Of a stretch of DNA of 64,000 nucleotides, positions 41,696 through 51,545 are shown piece after piece. The position numbers and the translations under genes are program-made. Location of the stretch: positions 90,430 to 154,429 of the forward strand of contig JBBRZM010000001.1 in assembly GCA_038236695.1 (NCBI GenBank), in the 5' to 3' direction. This stretch comes from Acidimicrobiia bacterium (GTDB taxonomy: Bacteria > Actinomycetota > Acidimicrobiia > IMCC26256 > JBBRZM01). The notes under the pieces are model-generated. The model was not told where the DNA came from and searched no databases. It was given only the letters and a program-made list of their open reading frames with translations. Every line of letters starts with the position of its first letter. Position 1 is the first letter of the stretch.

Positions 41696-42976
41696 ATGCC
41701 TTCTCCCGGTCAGCCTGACGCGCTCCGAATCGCGTACCTCGTGTATCGGGGCAATCCGCATTGCGGCGGCCAGGGCGTTTACACCCGATACCTGACGCGG
41801 GAGCTCGCCGCGCTGGGGCACCGGGTCGAAGTGTTCTCCGGTCCGCCGTATCCCGAGCTCGACGACCCGAGTCAGCTCACCGAAGTGCCGAGCCTCGATC
41901 TGTACCGCGCCGATGATCCGTTTCGCGTGCCATGGCCGTGGGAGTTCAAGTCGCGCATCGACGTGCAGGAGTTCGCCATCATGTGCGGCGCCGGCTTTCC
42001 GGAGCCGTACTCGTTCAGCATGCGGGTGCGCGACCTGCTGCGACCCCGCCGGCACGACTTCGACGTCGTCCATGACAATCAATGCCTCGGCACCGGGCTC
42101 GCGCACCTGATCGGCAACGGCTGGCCCGTGCTGGCGACGATGCACCATCCGATCACTGTCGACCGCGACCTCGACCTGGCGCACACGACGAGTCCATGGC
42201 GCCGGTTCACGTTCCGTCGCTGGTACGGCTTCCTCGACATGCAGATGAAAGTGGCCCGCCAGATACCGCGCGCCGTGACGGTGTCAGAGTCGTCGAAGCG
42301 CGACATCGTCGGCCACATGGGCGTCGACGCCGATCGCCTCCACGTCGTGCCGGTCGGCGTCGATCCGGCCACGTTCCACCCGATGCCCGAGATCGCTCGC
42401 GTGCCCGGCCGCCTCATGACGACAGCGAGCGCCGACGTGCCGATGAAAGGTCTCGCGCCGCTGCTCGAAGCGCTCGCGAAGGCGCGCACCGACCGTGACG
42501 ACGCGCACCTCGTCGTGATCGGCAAGGCGAAGGACAAGAGCAAGATCCCCGCGCTCATCGACCGGCTCGGCCTCGACGGCTCAGTGGAGTTCGTCTCGGG
42601 CGTCACCACGAAGCGGATCGTCGAGCTGTACGCCGAAGCAGAGGTCGCAGTCGTCCCGTCGCTGTACGAGGGGTTCTCGCTGCCCGCCGTCGAAGCGATG
42701 GCATGCGGTGTGCCGGTGGTCGGCACAACCGGGGGCGCGATCCCCGAGGTGCTCGGCACCGATGGCGAAACGGGCCTGCTCGTGCCGCCCGGCGACCCGG
42801 GCGCGTTGGCCGTCGGCCTGTTGCGCGCCCTCGACGACTCGGCGCTTCGCGACCGCATCGGTGCCGCCGGCCGCGCGCGTGTGCTCGACCGATTCACGTG
42901 GCGGGCGACTGCCGTCGGCACCGTCGATCAATACCGCGCGCTGCTCGACGAACGTACGCAGAACGGGATCGCCTGA
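41696..42976 (+). CDS. GT4 glycosyltransferase
   Basis: GGQGVY, VHDNQCLG, PMKGL, PSLYEGFSLPAVEAMACG. Confidence 0.92.
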   Translation: MPSPGQPDALRIAYLVYRGNPHCGGQGVYTRYLTRELAALGHRVEVFSGPPYPELDDPSQLTEVPSLDLYRADDPFRVPWPWEFKSRIDVQEFAIMCGAGFPEPYSFSMRVRDLLRPRRHDFDVVHDNQCLGTGLAHLIGNGWPVLATMHHPITVDRDLDLAHTTSPWRRFTFRRWYGFLDMQMKVARQIPRAVTVSESSKRDIVGHMGVDADRLHVVPVGVDPATFHPMPEIARVPGRLMTTASADVPMKGLAPLLEALAKARTDRDDAHLVVIGKAKDKSKIPALIDRLGLDGSVEFVSGVTTKRIVELYAEAEVAVVPSLYEGFSLPAVEAMACGVPVVGTTGGAIPEVLGTDGETGLLVPPGDPGALAVGLLRALDDSALRDRIGAAGRARVLDRFTWRATAVGTVDQYRALLDERTQNGIA

Positions 42977-43695
42977 TGCTCACGGTCGACTTCGACCGGC
43001 TCGGCGTGCGCGACCGTGCCCGGCTGCTCGACCTCGGTTGCGGTGGCGGCCGCCACGCGTTCGAAGCGATGCGGCGCGGCGCGACCGTGATCGCCCTCGA
43101 CTACGACGCGGCCGAATTGAAGGACGTGCGGGCCGTCATCGGCGGCATGCTCGACGCGGGTCAACTCCCCCACGGAGAGGCCGGCGGCGTGGTCAACGGT
43201 GATGCGCTCCGACTGCCGTTCCCCGACAACTCGTTCGATCACGTGATCGCGTCGGAAGTGCTCGAGCACCTGTGGGCCGACGAGCTCGCGCTCTCGGAGC
43301 TCACACGGGTGTTGCGGCCCGGCGGTCGCATGGCGGTCACGGTGCCGACCCGATGGCCCGAACGCGTGTGCTGGGCGCTCGACCATCACTACCACGACAC
43401 ACCGGGCGGCCACATCCGGATCTTCCGCCAGCGCGATCTCGAGACCAAGCTTGAATGCGCCGGGCTGCTCCTCCGCGGCTCGCACCACGCCCACGCGCTG
43501 CACTCGCCCTACTGGTGGACCAAGTGCGCAGTCGGTGTCGACAACGCCGAAGCGTGGCCGGTCCGTCAGTACCTGCGCTTCCTCACCTGGCAGATCACCG
43601 AGCAGCCGCGGTGGGTCAACCAGTTGGAACGCACGCTCAACCCCGTCCTCGGCAAGAGCCTCGTCGTCTACACGCAGAAGGTGGACCGACCGTGA
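42976..43695 (+). CDS. class I SAM-dependent methyltransferase
   Basis: LDLGCGGGRH, LPFPDNSFD, SEVLEH, VLRPGG; TGATG coupling. Confidence 0.9.
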   Translation: MLTVDFDRLGVRDRARLLDLGCGGGRHAFEAMRRGATVIALDYDAAELKDVRAVIGGMLDAGQLPHGEAGGVVNGDALRLPFPDNSFDHVIASEVLEHLWADELALSELTRVLRPGGRMAVTVPTRWPERVCWALDHHYHDTPGGHIRIFRQRDLETKLECAGLLLRGSHHAHALHSPYWWTKCAVGVDNAEAWPVRQYLRFLTWQITEQPRWVNQLERTLNPVLGKSLVVYTQKVDRP

Positions 43696-44807
43696 CCACT
43701 ACCGACTCGCCGGCGGTTCCCGGCATCGTGGCGGCCGAGGATATGGCCGCGACCGTCGACGCGATCGCAAGGATCCAACTGCCCGACGGCAACATCCCGT
43801 GGACGCCCGGCAGGCACACCGACCCGTGGAACCTCGTTGAAGCCGCGATGGCGCTCGACGTGGGCGGGCGGCATGTAGAGGCTGAGCGTGCGTACGAGTG
43901 GCTGCGCACGATGCAGCGGCCCGACGGTGCCTGGCACGCGTACTACATCGGCAACGACATCAAAGACCCGACGCTCGACACCAACATCACCTGCTACATC
44001 GCAAACGGCGCGTTGCACCACTACCTGTCCACGGGCGACGACCGTTTCCTGGCTGACTTCTGGCCCGTCGTGGAGCGCGCCATCGACTTCTCGCTCGACC
44101 ACCAGGCGCCGACAGGTGAGATCGCCTGGGACGTCGATCTCACGAAACGGGAATGGCGCGGTGCCTTGCTCACCGGTTCGTCGAGCATTCACGCGAGCAT
44201 GCGTTGCGCGATCGTCCTCGCCGAGCATCTCGGACACGAGCGTCCCGACTGGGAGCTCTCGCTCGGCTCTCTGGCCCATGCGATCGAGCACCGGCCCGAA
44301 GTGTTTCTCGACAAGGCGCGGTGGGCGATGGACTGGTACTACCCCGTGCTCGGGGGTGTGCTGCGCGGCGAGGTCGCGGCCGATCAGGTGCGCGCCGCGT
44401 GGCGCACGTTCGTGGTCGAGGGGCGCGGCGTGCGCTGTGTCTCTGACCGACCGTGGATCACGGCCGCCGAGACCTGCGAGCTCGCGCTCGCGCTCGACGC
44501 GATCGGCGAACGGGAGCGCGCGTTTCGATTGTTCGAGTGGGTGCAGTTCCTGCGCGCTGACGGGGGCGGCTACTGGACCGGCGCCAATTTCGAAGGTGGC
44601 GCCTTTCAGCGCGACGGTGAGCTGTTCCCCGTCGAACAGCCCACGTGGAACTCGGCCGCAGTCGTACTCGCAGCCAATGCGCTGGGCGGGAGCAGCCTCA
44701 CTACGGGGTTCTTTCGGGGTGAGGCGATGCCGATCGGCCTCGACCGTGATGAAGTTCTGGCGAAGGCATTTTCGTTGCTGCGCGACGACACCAGCGACGC
44801 CGACTGA
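43692..44807 (+). CDS. prenyltransferase/squalene-oxidase-repeat (alpha/alpha barrel) protein
   Basis: QLPDG..W and QRPDGAW QW-like repeats, DPWNLVEAAMAL, WAMDWYYP; GTGA overlap. Confidence 0.75.
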   Translation: MTTTDSPAVPGIVAAEDMAATVDAIARIQLPDGNIPWTPGRHTDPWNLVEAAMALDVGGRHVEAERAYEWLRTMQRPDGAWHAYYIGNDIKDPTLDTNITCYIANGALHHYLSTGDDRFLADFWPVVERAIDFSLDHQAPTGEIAWDVDLTKREWRGALLTGSSSIHASMRCAIVLAEHLGHERPDWELSLGSLAHAIEHRPEVFLDKARWAMDWYYPVLGGVLRGEVAADQVRAAWRTFVVEGRGVRCVSDRPWITAAETCELALALDAIGERERAFRLFEWVQFLRADGGGYWTGANFEGGAFQRDGELFPVEQPTWNSAAVVLAANALGGSSLTTGFFRGEAMPIGLDRDEVLAKAFSLLRDDTSDAD

Positions 44808-44841
44808 CTGACGCGCCACCACTCGCGAGCGACGCGACCGG

Positions 44842-45456
44842 TTAGGTGCGTCGCAGCATGCGCAGGCTTCCGACCGTCGAGACCGGCTCGAAGCCGTCGG
44901 CGACAGCGCGTTGCCACACCTCGAACGGTGCTTGACCGCCGTCGGCGGGATCCTCGAACACGTCGTGGAACACGAACAGTCCGGCGCGGGCGACGAATCC
45001 CGACCAGTGCTCATAGTCGGCCATGGCGACGTCGAGCGCGTGCCCCCCGTCGATGAACACCAGCCCGAGTGGGGTGCCCCAGTACGCAGCCACGGTTGGC
45101 GAGTCACCGATCACCGCGATCACGATGGCTTCGAGGCCGGCGGCTTCGATGGTGCGCCGGAACCACGGCAGTGTGTCCATGCGACCGGTGCGGGGATCGA
45201 CGAGCCGCTCGTCGTGATGGTCCCAGCCCGACTGGTTTTCCTCGGAGCCGCGGTGATGATCGACGGTGAACAGCACAACGTCGCGCTCGCGCGCTGCCGC
45301 ACCCAAATAGATCGCCGACTTGCCGCAGTAGGTGCCGATCTCGAGCAGCGGCCCGATCCCACCGCCGTCGAGACCGGCCTCGTACAACGCGAGTCCCTCG
45401 TCGTCGGGCATGAAGCCGATCGCGTCGCGCGCCGCTGCGAGCAGTGCAGGGTCCAT
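44842..45456 (-). CDS. class I SAM-dependent methyltransferase (Methyltransf_24-like)
   Basis: LEIGTYCGKS, DHHRGSEE, FIDGGH, FHD. Confidence 0.88.
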   Translation of the reverse strand: MDPALLAAARDAIGFMPDDEGLALYEAGLDGGGIGPLLEIGTYCGKSAIYLGAAARERDVVLFTVDHHRGSEENQSGWDHHDERLVDPRTGRMDTLPWFRRTIEAAGLEAIVIAVIGDSPTVAAYWGTPLGLVFIDGGHALDVAMADYEHWSGFVARAGLFVFHDVFEDPADGGQAPFEVWQRAVADGFEPVSTVGSLRMLRRT

Positions 45457-45826
45457 CGCGTCGAGTCTCGCGCGCGCCTCAGTCGAAGCCGGCGAGCCCG
45501 TGACGCAGGCCTTGCACCTGTGCCGTGCGGCGCGACGCCCGCCGGCCCCGCGGCGTATCGGGCCGCGGCGACAACAATGCCCGCTTCCGCGATCACAGCG
45601 GCCGATGAGAGCGCGGCGAGCGGGGCGCGCAGTTCGGCCTGGTGCGCAGCCGGCCCCGCGCCCAGGGGGCTCCGGTCGGCGGCTGCTCAGAGGTCTGACA
45701 TTACAAGGGGGCCAGACGTTGCACTATCCGGCAAATCCCCCATGACCCGTTGCGTCGCTGATCGTGATCAGGGGGTCCGCAACTCCACGCGCTCATCCCC
45801 TCGCTCGAGAGCTGAGCGTCGCCGGG

Positions 45827-46552
45827 TCAGGCTATTCGGGTGGCGTAGACGACCAGCCGGTGGTCGTGGGTGCCGTTCCTGAAGGTCCCGGTACAGGTGA
45901 TGAGCGTCAGGTGGGCGAGGCCGTCAGCCGAGGGCTGGGACCAGGTGCCTGCGACCGGGCCGGCGCCGTAGATCTGGGTCAGGACGGCCGGATCGGCCGC
46001 TTCGTCGAGCGAATAGGTCTTCGATTCCGTGACGGCAAAGCGGACGTCGAGTCCGTTGCGGGTGTCATGGACGACGATCGGGTCGCCTGGCTGCAGAGCG
46101 TCGATGTGACCGAAGACTGCCGGGCTTCCACCGGGGCCGTCGATGTGGCCGGCAATCAGCGCGGTGCTGAGCGCTCCGGGGATGGCGCTGCCTCGATACC
46201 AGAAGGCCTGCTGCCAAACCGGGTCGTCGGCCTTGCCCATCGGCGCGTCCATCACGTTCTTCGGCGTGATCCCCACTCCGACGACGGGGGCATTGACACT
46301 GAGCGACGGCATCCGCAGCTCCAATGGCACGGCCACTGGCCCGGCCCGCAAGCCGAGTCCCGCTTCGGTGAGCGCCGCGGGAACGGCCAGGGCCGCTCCG
46401 GGCTTGAGCCGGTCGCGTGCGATCGGCGACGGAGCGAGAGTAGCGAGAGTACGGAAGGTCTTTTCTCGCGATTGGGTCGCTGACCCCGTCAGGAGCACCG
46501 TCGCGATCAGCAAGATCGCGACACGGCTCCCGGCCGACGCCAGTGACCTCAT
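45827..46552 (-). CDS. class F sortase
   Basis: LIAGHID, LTLITCTGTF, HRLVVYA; N-terminal TM; ATGA overlap with upstream gene. Confidence 0.88.
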   Translation of the reverse strand: MRSLASAGSRVAILLIATVLLTGSATQSREKTFRTLATLAPSPIARDRLKPGAALAVPAALTEAGLGLRAGPVAVPLELRMPSLSVNAPVVGVGITPKNVMDAPMGKADDPVWQQAFWYRGSAIPGALSTALIAGHIDGPGGSPAVFGHIDALQPGDPIVVHDTRNGLDVRFAVTESKTYSLDEAADPAVLTQIYGAGPVAGTWSQPSADGLAHLTLITCTGTFRNGTHDHRLVVYATRIA

Positions 46553-47607
46553 TGACTCCCCGGGCGGCTGAGCGCTCCGCCGGCGGCCGCGCCGCGAGAG
46601 TGCGCTCGGCGGCGCAGGATCTCGCCGACCGTCCCTACCCCGCCGAGCATGGTGGCGACCAGCACTGCCGACCACGGGAAACCTTCGCTCCGTAGCGGCG
46701 CTCCGCCGGTCTTCGGTGGGCCGGCGACGCCCGGGACGCCAGGACCGCCGGACGAAGTCAGGTCAATCGCGGTCCCCGGTGTAGTTGTTGTCGTGGTGTC
46801 GCCGCCCCCGGCGCCGCCGGCCCCCCCGGCGGTGTCGCCCGCGGTGTCGCCGCCCCCGCCGCCGGCCGACGTCGCGCAGGTCGGCCTGATGAAGGTGTCG
46901 GTGTCCAACGTCACCGCAGCGTTGCGGGCAAGCGCCCGGCCGTAGACGGTGACCCCGGTGGTCACGGTGATCGACGTCAGGGCGAGGATGTTCCCCCTGA
47001 AGACCGATCCGGTGCCCAACGTGGCGGAGCTGCCGACCTGCCAGAAGACGTTGCACTCCTGGGCGCCGTTGATCAGCGTCACCGTGCTGCTCGACGCGGT
47101 GATCAGCGACGAGTTGGTCTTGAAGATGAAGACCGAGGTCGGGTCGCCCGCCCCGTCGAGGAACAGCGGTCCGGTCAGCTGCAGCGCGCCGTTGCCGCTC
47201 GTCGCATATACGCCTGCGCCCAGGTGCTGGTTGGCGAGATCAGCGGGTACGGCGCCGTCGGTCGGGCGGCCGAGGGCATCCACGTACGCGGTGGTGAGGT
47301 CCAACTGGGCCTGCGCCGCGGCCGCGTTGTTGTTGTCGATGACGCCCGGAGGAACCACGATCCCGGGTGGAAATCCGCTGATCGACGACCCCGGCGAGAG
47401 CCCGACACTCCCGTTGATGACGCTCGCCAATGTGTTCGTGACCGTTGAACCTGCCAGGACGGCGTAGTTGGCCGAGGTCGCCAGCGGAACGGTCGGCACA
47501 ATGGCCGCGCTCGCGGTATTTCCAACCATGAGCAGGATCGCTGCCGCCATCGTGAACGCGATCATGGTCGCGCCCATCCGGCGGGCTACCGCAACGTGAG
47601 TAGTCAT
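46549..47607 (-). CDS. ice-binding family (DUF3494) protein with sortase-type anchor
   Basis: Signal peptide, YAVLAGSTVTN, VFIFK, NVFWQVGSSATLG, GRALARNAAVTLD, G/T linker, PKTGG + TM + RRR. Confidence 0.88.
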   Translation of the reverse strand: MTTHVAVARRMGATMIAFTMAAAILLMVGNTASAAIVPTVPLATSANYAVLAGSTVTNTLASVINGSVGLSPGSSISGFPPGIVVPPGVIDNNNAAAAQAQLDLTTAYVDALGRPTDGAVPADLANQHLGAGVYATSGNGALQLTGPLFLDGAGDPTSVFIFKTNSSLITASSSTVTLINGAQECNVFWQVGSSATLGTGSVFRGNILALTSITVTTGVTVYGRALARNAAVTLDTDTFIRPTCATSAGGGGGDTAGDTAGGAGGAGGGDTTTTTTPGTAIDLTSSGGPGVPGVAGPPKTGGAPLRSEGFPWSAVLVATMLGGVGTVGEILRRRAHSRGAAAGGALSRPGSQ

Positions 47608-47883
47608 CAGAGAGCTCGTTTCCTGCGAGGCAAGGCATCCACCAGCAGCACCGCCGCCGCAGGGGAGTTGCCCCCTGGACGTACGATCTTCTGACCAGGT
47701 CTGCCAAAGGCGCCCGACGAACCGTCAGGCTGGTCCACCGAGTTGATGGACACCCTTGATATCGGCACGCAGCGCCGGGAACTGTTGCAAATATTGGCGA
47801 AAGACGTACAAGCCCGTCCATTTATGCGCGCTCGGGCGGGTCGCACGGTTTGACCGTCGTCGTCGAGCTCGCCGGAGATCCAG

Positions 47884-49518
47884 CTAGATCACGGGTTGCT
47901 CGGTGTAGCGGCCGAACACGTCGGCCAGCGCGTTGCAGATCTCACCAATCGTCGCGTAGACGTCGACGGCGTCGAGCAGCGCGGGCATGAGGTTGGTGGA
48001 CGACTCGGCTGCATCCGCGCGCACGCGAGCCAGTGCCCGTTCGACCGCTTCCCCGTCGCGATCGCCCTTGACCTGCGCGAGCCGCTTTGTTTGCGCTTCT
48101 TCGACCTCCGGGCCGATGCGCAGCGTCTCGGGTGGTGCATCGTCGTTGCCGTCGAGGAACGCGTTGACACCGACAATCACGTGACGGCCATCGTTGACCT
48201 TGCGCTCGATGTCGTATGCCGCATCGCCGATCTCGCGCTGGAACCAACCGGACTCGATCTCGCGCAGCACACCTTCGAGCATCGACCCGCTGCCCACGGT
48301 GTCGAGATGCGAGAAGATCGCCTCGGCTCGCCGCTCCATCTCGTCAGTCAGTTCCTCGACATACCACGAACCCCCGAGCGGGTCAGCCACGTTGGTGACC
48401 CGGCTTTCGTACCCGAGCACCTGCTGGGTGCGAAGCGCGATGCGTGCCGCCTTGTCGGACGGGAGTGCGAGCACTTCGTCCATGGAGTTCGTATGCAGGC
48501 TCTGGGTCCCGCCGAGCACGCCGGCAAGCGCCTCAATGGCGGTGCGCACGATGTTGACCTCGGGCTGCTGCGCAGTGAGTGAGACGCCGGCCGTCTGCGT
48601 GTGGAACCGCAGCTGCATGGAACGCTCACGCTTCGCGCCATAACGGTCGCGCAGCCAGCGGGCCCAGATGCGCCGCGCCGCGCGGTACTTCGCGATCTCC
48701 TCGAAGAAGTCGGTGTGCGCGTTGAAGAAGAAGCTCAATCGGGGCGCGAGCTCATCGACCGAGAGGCCCACCTCGATGCCCGCCTCGATGTACGCGAACC
48801 CGTTCGCAATGGTGAACGCAAGCTCCTGCGCGGCCGTGGATCCGGCCTCCCGGATGTGGTAGCCCGAGATCGAGACCGGATACCAGCGAGGCATCTCGAC
48901 GGTGCAGAAACGAAACGTGTCGGCCACCAGCCGCATCGACGGACGGGGCGGGAAAATGAACTCCTTCTGCGCCTGGTACTCCTTCAGGATGTCGTTCTGC
49001 AGCGTGCCGCCCAGCGCGGCGCGTGCAGTGCCGGCACGTTCCGCGCTGCGCACGTACATCGCGAGCAGTACTGCAGCGGGAGCGTTGATCGTCATCGACG
49101 TGGTGACCGCGCCGAGATCGATGTCGCGGTAGAGGTCTTGCGCGTCGGCAAGCGTGTCGACGGCCACACCGCATCTGCCGACCTCTCCGAGCGCGATCGG
49201 ATCGTCTGAGTCGCGGCCCATCAGTGTCGGAAGATCGAATGCGGTCGACAGGCCGTCGGCGCCGGTTGCGAGCAACTCGTGGAACCGGCGGTTGGTGTCG
49301 ACCGCCGTGCCGAAGCCGGCGAACAGGCGCATCGTCCAGAGCCTCGACCGGTACATCGAGGGTTGCGGGCCCCGGGTGTAGGGCCACTGGCCCGGGAACT
49401 CGCCGTCGGCTGGCCCGTAGACCGGCGCGACCGGAACGCCCGACATCGTGTCGAAGTCGGCGTCGCGTTTCTGCGCCGCGTCGAACGCGGCCTGCCACTC
49501 GTCTCGGGGTGTCGCCAT
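47884..49518 (-). CDS. B12-dependent acyl-CoA mutase large subunit, isobutyryl-CoA mutase-like
   Basis: [45 protein letters not shown]; no B12-binding domain. Confidence 0.88.
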   Translation of the reverse strand: MATPRDEWQAAFDAAQKRDADFDTMSGVPVAPVYGPADGEFPGQWPYTRGPQPSMYRSRLWTMRLFAGFGTAVDTNRRFHELLATGADGLSTAFDLPTLMGRDSDDPIALGEVGRCGVAVDTLADAQDLYRDIDLGAVTTSMTINAPAAVLLAMYVRSAERAGTARAALGGTLQNDILKEYQAQKEFIFPPRPSMRLVADTFRFCTVEMPRWYPVSISGYHIREAGSTAAQELAFTIANGFAYIEAGIEVGLSVDELAPRLSFFFNAHTDFFEEIAKYRAARRIWARWLRDRYGAKRERSMQLRFHTQTAGVSLTAQQPEVNIVRTAIEALAGVLGGTQSLHTNSMDEVLALPSDKAARIALRTQQVLGYESRVTNVADPLGGSWYVEELTDEMERRAEAIFSHLDTVGSGSMLEGVLREIESGWFQREIGDAAYDIERKVNDGRHVIVGVNAFLDGNDDAPPETLRIGPEVEEAQTKRLAQVKGDRDGEAVERALARVRADAAESSTNLMPALLDAVDVYATIGEICNALADVFGRYTEQPVI

Positions 49519-49571
49519 TGCCACCAGGATCGCGCGCATCGCGGTGAGCCAGCGATCTCGGCCTTCTCGAG

Positions 49572-50345
49572 TTAGCCCAAGCCCATCAGCTCGACGATGC
49601 CATGCGACTGGCCGGCGGTGTACCCACCGTCGACCACGAGGGCATGGCCGGTGACGAACGACGCATCGTCCGACGCGAGGAAGGTGGCGGCGGCGGCGAT
49701 CTCCTCCGGCCGGCCGAGCCGCCCGAGCTTGTGGGCGGCGATGAAGCGCTCGCGCGCCTCCTCCATGCCGGGCATGCCGAAGATCGAGGCGGTCATCGGC
49801 GTGTCGATGAACCCCGGACAGATGCAGTTGGCGCGAATGCGGCGACGCCCGTAGTCGATCGCGATGTTCTTGGTGAGGACCACCACTCCCGCCTTGGACG
49901 CGTTGTAGACGCTGCCGCCCTCGGTACCCTCGAGGCCCTCGATGCTCGCGATGTTGACGATGGTGCCGCCGCTGTCCTGTTCGAGCATCTTGGCGATCGC
50001 GTGTTTCGCGACCAGGAACGTGCCCGTCAGGTTGACGTCGAGCACCCGGTCCCACTCGCCGAGGTCGAGCAGGTGGACGGGCCCCCCACCCGCGACGCCG
50101 GCCGCGTTGACGACGACGTCGACACGACCGTGTTCGCCGGTCAGCCCTTCGACGGCAGCCGCAACCGCAGTCTCCTCACGCACGTCGACATCCCACCAGG
50201 AAGTTGCGCTCGAAGCGCGCGGACGCGGCTCCACATCAAGACCGGCGACAACCGCACCTTCCGTGGCGAAGCGGTCGACGGTCGCGGCGCCGATACCGGA
50301 TGCCGCGCCGGTGATCAGCGCGATCTTGCCATCGAGTCGTGTCAC
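49572..50345 (-). CDS. SDR family oxidoreductase
   Basis: TGAASGIG, NAAG, YNASK, VDGG. Confidence 0.9.
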   Translation of the reverse strand: MTRLDGKIALITGAASGIGAATVDRFATEGAVVAGLDVEPRPRASSATSWWDVDVREETAVAAAVEGLTGEHGRVDVVVNAAGVAGGGPVHLLDLGEWDRVLDVNLTGTFLVAKHAIAKMLEQDSGGTIVNIASIEGLEGTEGGSVYNASKAGVVVLTKNIAIDYGRRRIRANCICPGFIDTPMTASIFGMPGMEEARERFIAAHKLGRLGRPEEIAAAATFLASDDASFVTGHALVVDGGYTAGQSHGIVELMGLG

Positions 50346-50414
50346 CGCGTTACCCTCCCCGGCACCATCACAACTCGTCAAGTCACTACCAGGCAACGCG
50401 ACTGGAGCCCCGAC

Positions 50415-51503
50415 ATGGCCATGGAGTTCGCGCTCTTCTACGAGATCCCAGTGCCCAAACCCTGGGACGCCGAGAGCGAGCACCGCGCCTACAAGAACAC
50501 GATCGAACAGGCCGTCGTCGGGGAGCAGGCCGGCTTCGACAGTTTCTGGAGCGTCGAGCACCACTTCCTCGAGGAGTACTCACACTGCTCCGCGCCGGGC
50601 TACCTGTACGGCGCGATCGCGGAGCGCACGCAGCGCATGCGTATCGGTCACGGCGTGCGCCTGCTTCCCGCTCCCTACAACCACCCGATCCGCGCCGCGG
50701 AAGGCGGGGCCGTGCTCGACCTCATCTCTGACGGACGGGCCGAGTTCGGCACCGGCCGCTCGTCGACGCGTGCCGAGCTCGAAGGCTTCGGCGTCGATCC
50801 CGACGACTCGCGTCCGATGTGGGAAGAGGCGCTCCGCATGGTCGTGAGCGCCTGGACCGACGACGTCTTCGAGTGGAACGGCAAGTACTGGCGGGTCCCG
50901 CCGCGGCGCGTGCTCCCCCGGCCGTTGCAGAAGCCGCATCCACCGCTGTGGGTTGCCTCGAGCAGTCCGGCCAGTCATGTCATCGCCGGCGAACTGGGCC
51001 TCGGGCTGCTCTCGTTCACGATCGGTGTGCCGCCGGAGGAGCTCGCGCAGCGCATCGTCCTGTATCGCGACGCGCTGACGCGGGCCGAGCCGATCGGCAA
51101 GTTCGTCAACTCACGCGCGGCCACGTTCACGATGGTGCACTGCGCCGAGACGACCGAGCAGGCGTTCGCCGAGGCCGCGGAGTCGTTCGAGTGGTACGTA
51201 CGCACCGCGCTCTGGCACATCGGTTCCGTCGCCGCCTGGCAGGAGGGTCATGACCTCGGTACGTATGACTACGCGCAGATTCTCAACGACCTCGACTTGA
51301 ACTTGTTGACGTTCGACTACCTCGAGTCGTCGGGCGCGTGCATCGTCGGTGACCCGCAGCGCTGCCTCGAGGTCGCCTCGCGCTACGACGCGGCCGACTG
51401 TGACCTGCTGTTGTGCCTGCTCAACCCGTACAAGATCCCGCACCGCTCGGTGATGCGCTCGATCGAGCTGCTCGGCGAGCACGTCATTCCCGCCTTTCGG
51501 TGA
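50415..51503 (+). CDS. LLM class flavin-dependent oxidoreductase
   Basis: VEHHFLEEYSH, HPIRAAE, DGRAEFGTGR, PLQKPHPP. Confidence 0.9.
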   Translation: MAMEFALFYEIPVPKPWDAESEHRAYKNTIEQAVVGEQAGFDSFWSVEHHFLEEYSHCSAPGYLYGAIAERTQRMRIGHGVRLLPAPYNHPIRAAEGGAVLDLISDGRAEFGTGRSSTRAELEGFGVDPDDSRPMWEEALRMVVSAWTDDVFEWNGKYWRVPPRRVLPRPLQKPHPPLWVASSSPASHVIAGELGLGLLSFTIGVPPEELAQRIVLYRDALTRAEPIGKFVNSRAATFTMVHCAETTEQAFAEAAESFEWYVRTALWHIGSVAAWQEGHDLGTYDYAQILNDLDLNLLTFDYLESSGACIVGDPQRCLEVASRYDAADCDLLLCLLNPYKIPHRSVMRSIELLGEHVIPAFR

Positions 51504-51545
51504 CGCCGGGTACAGTCAGCCGCCCGCCGCACACAGGAGCCGTCA

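Noticed and set aside
46790-46870. Low-complexity GC-rich repeats
   Set aside because: They encode the Gly/Thr/Asp linker of the ice-binding protein.
47846-47859. 14-nt match CGGTTTGACCGTCG to the atp promoter -35 region
   Set aside because: No -10 element at the right spacing; probably chance in high-GC DNA.
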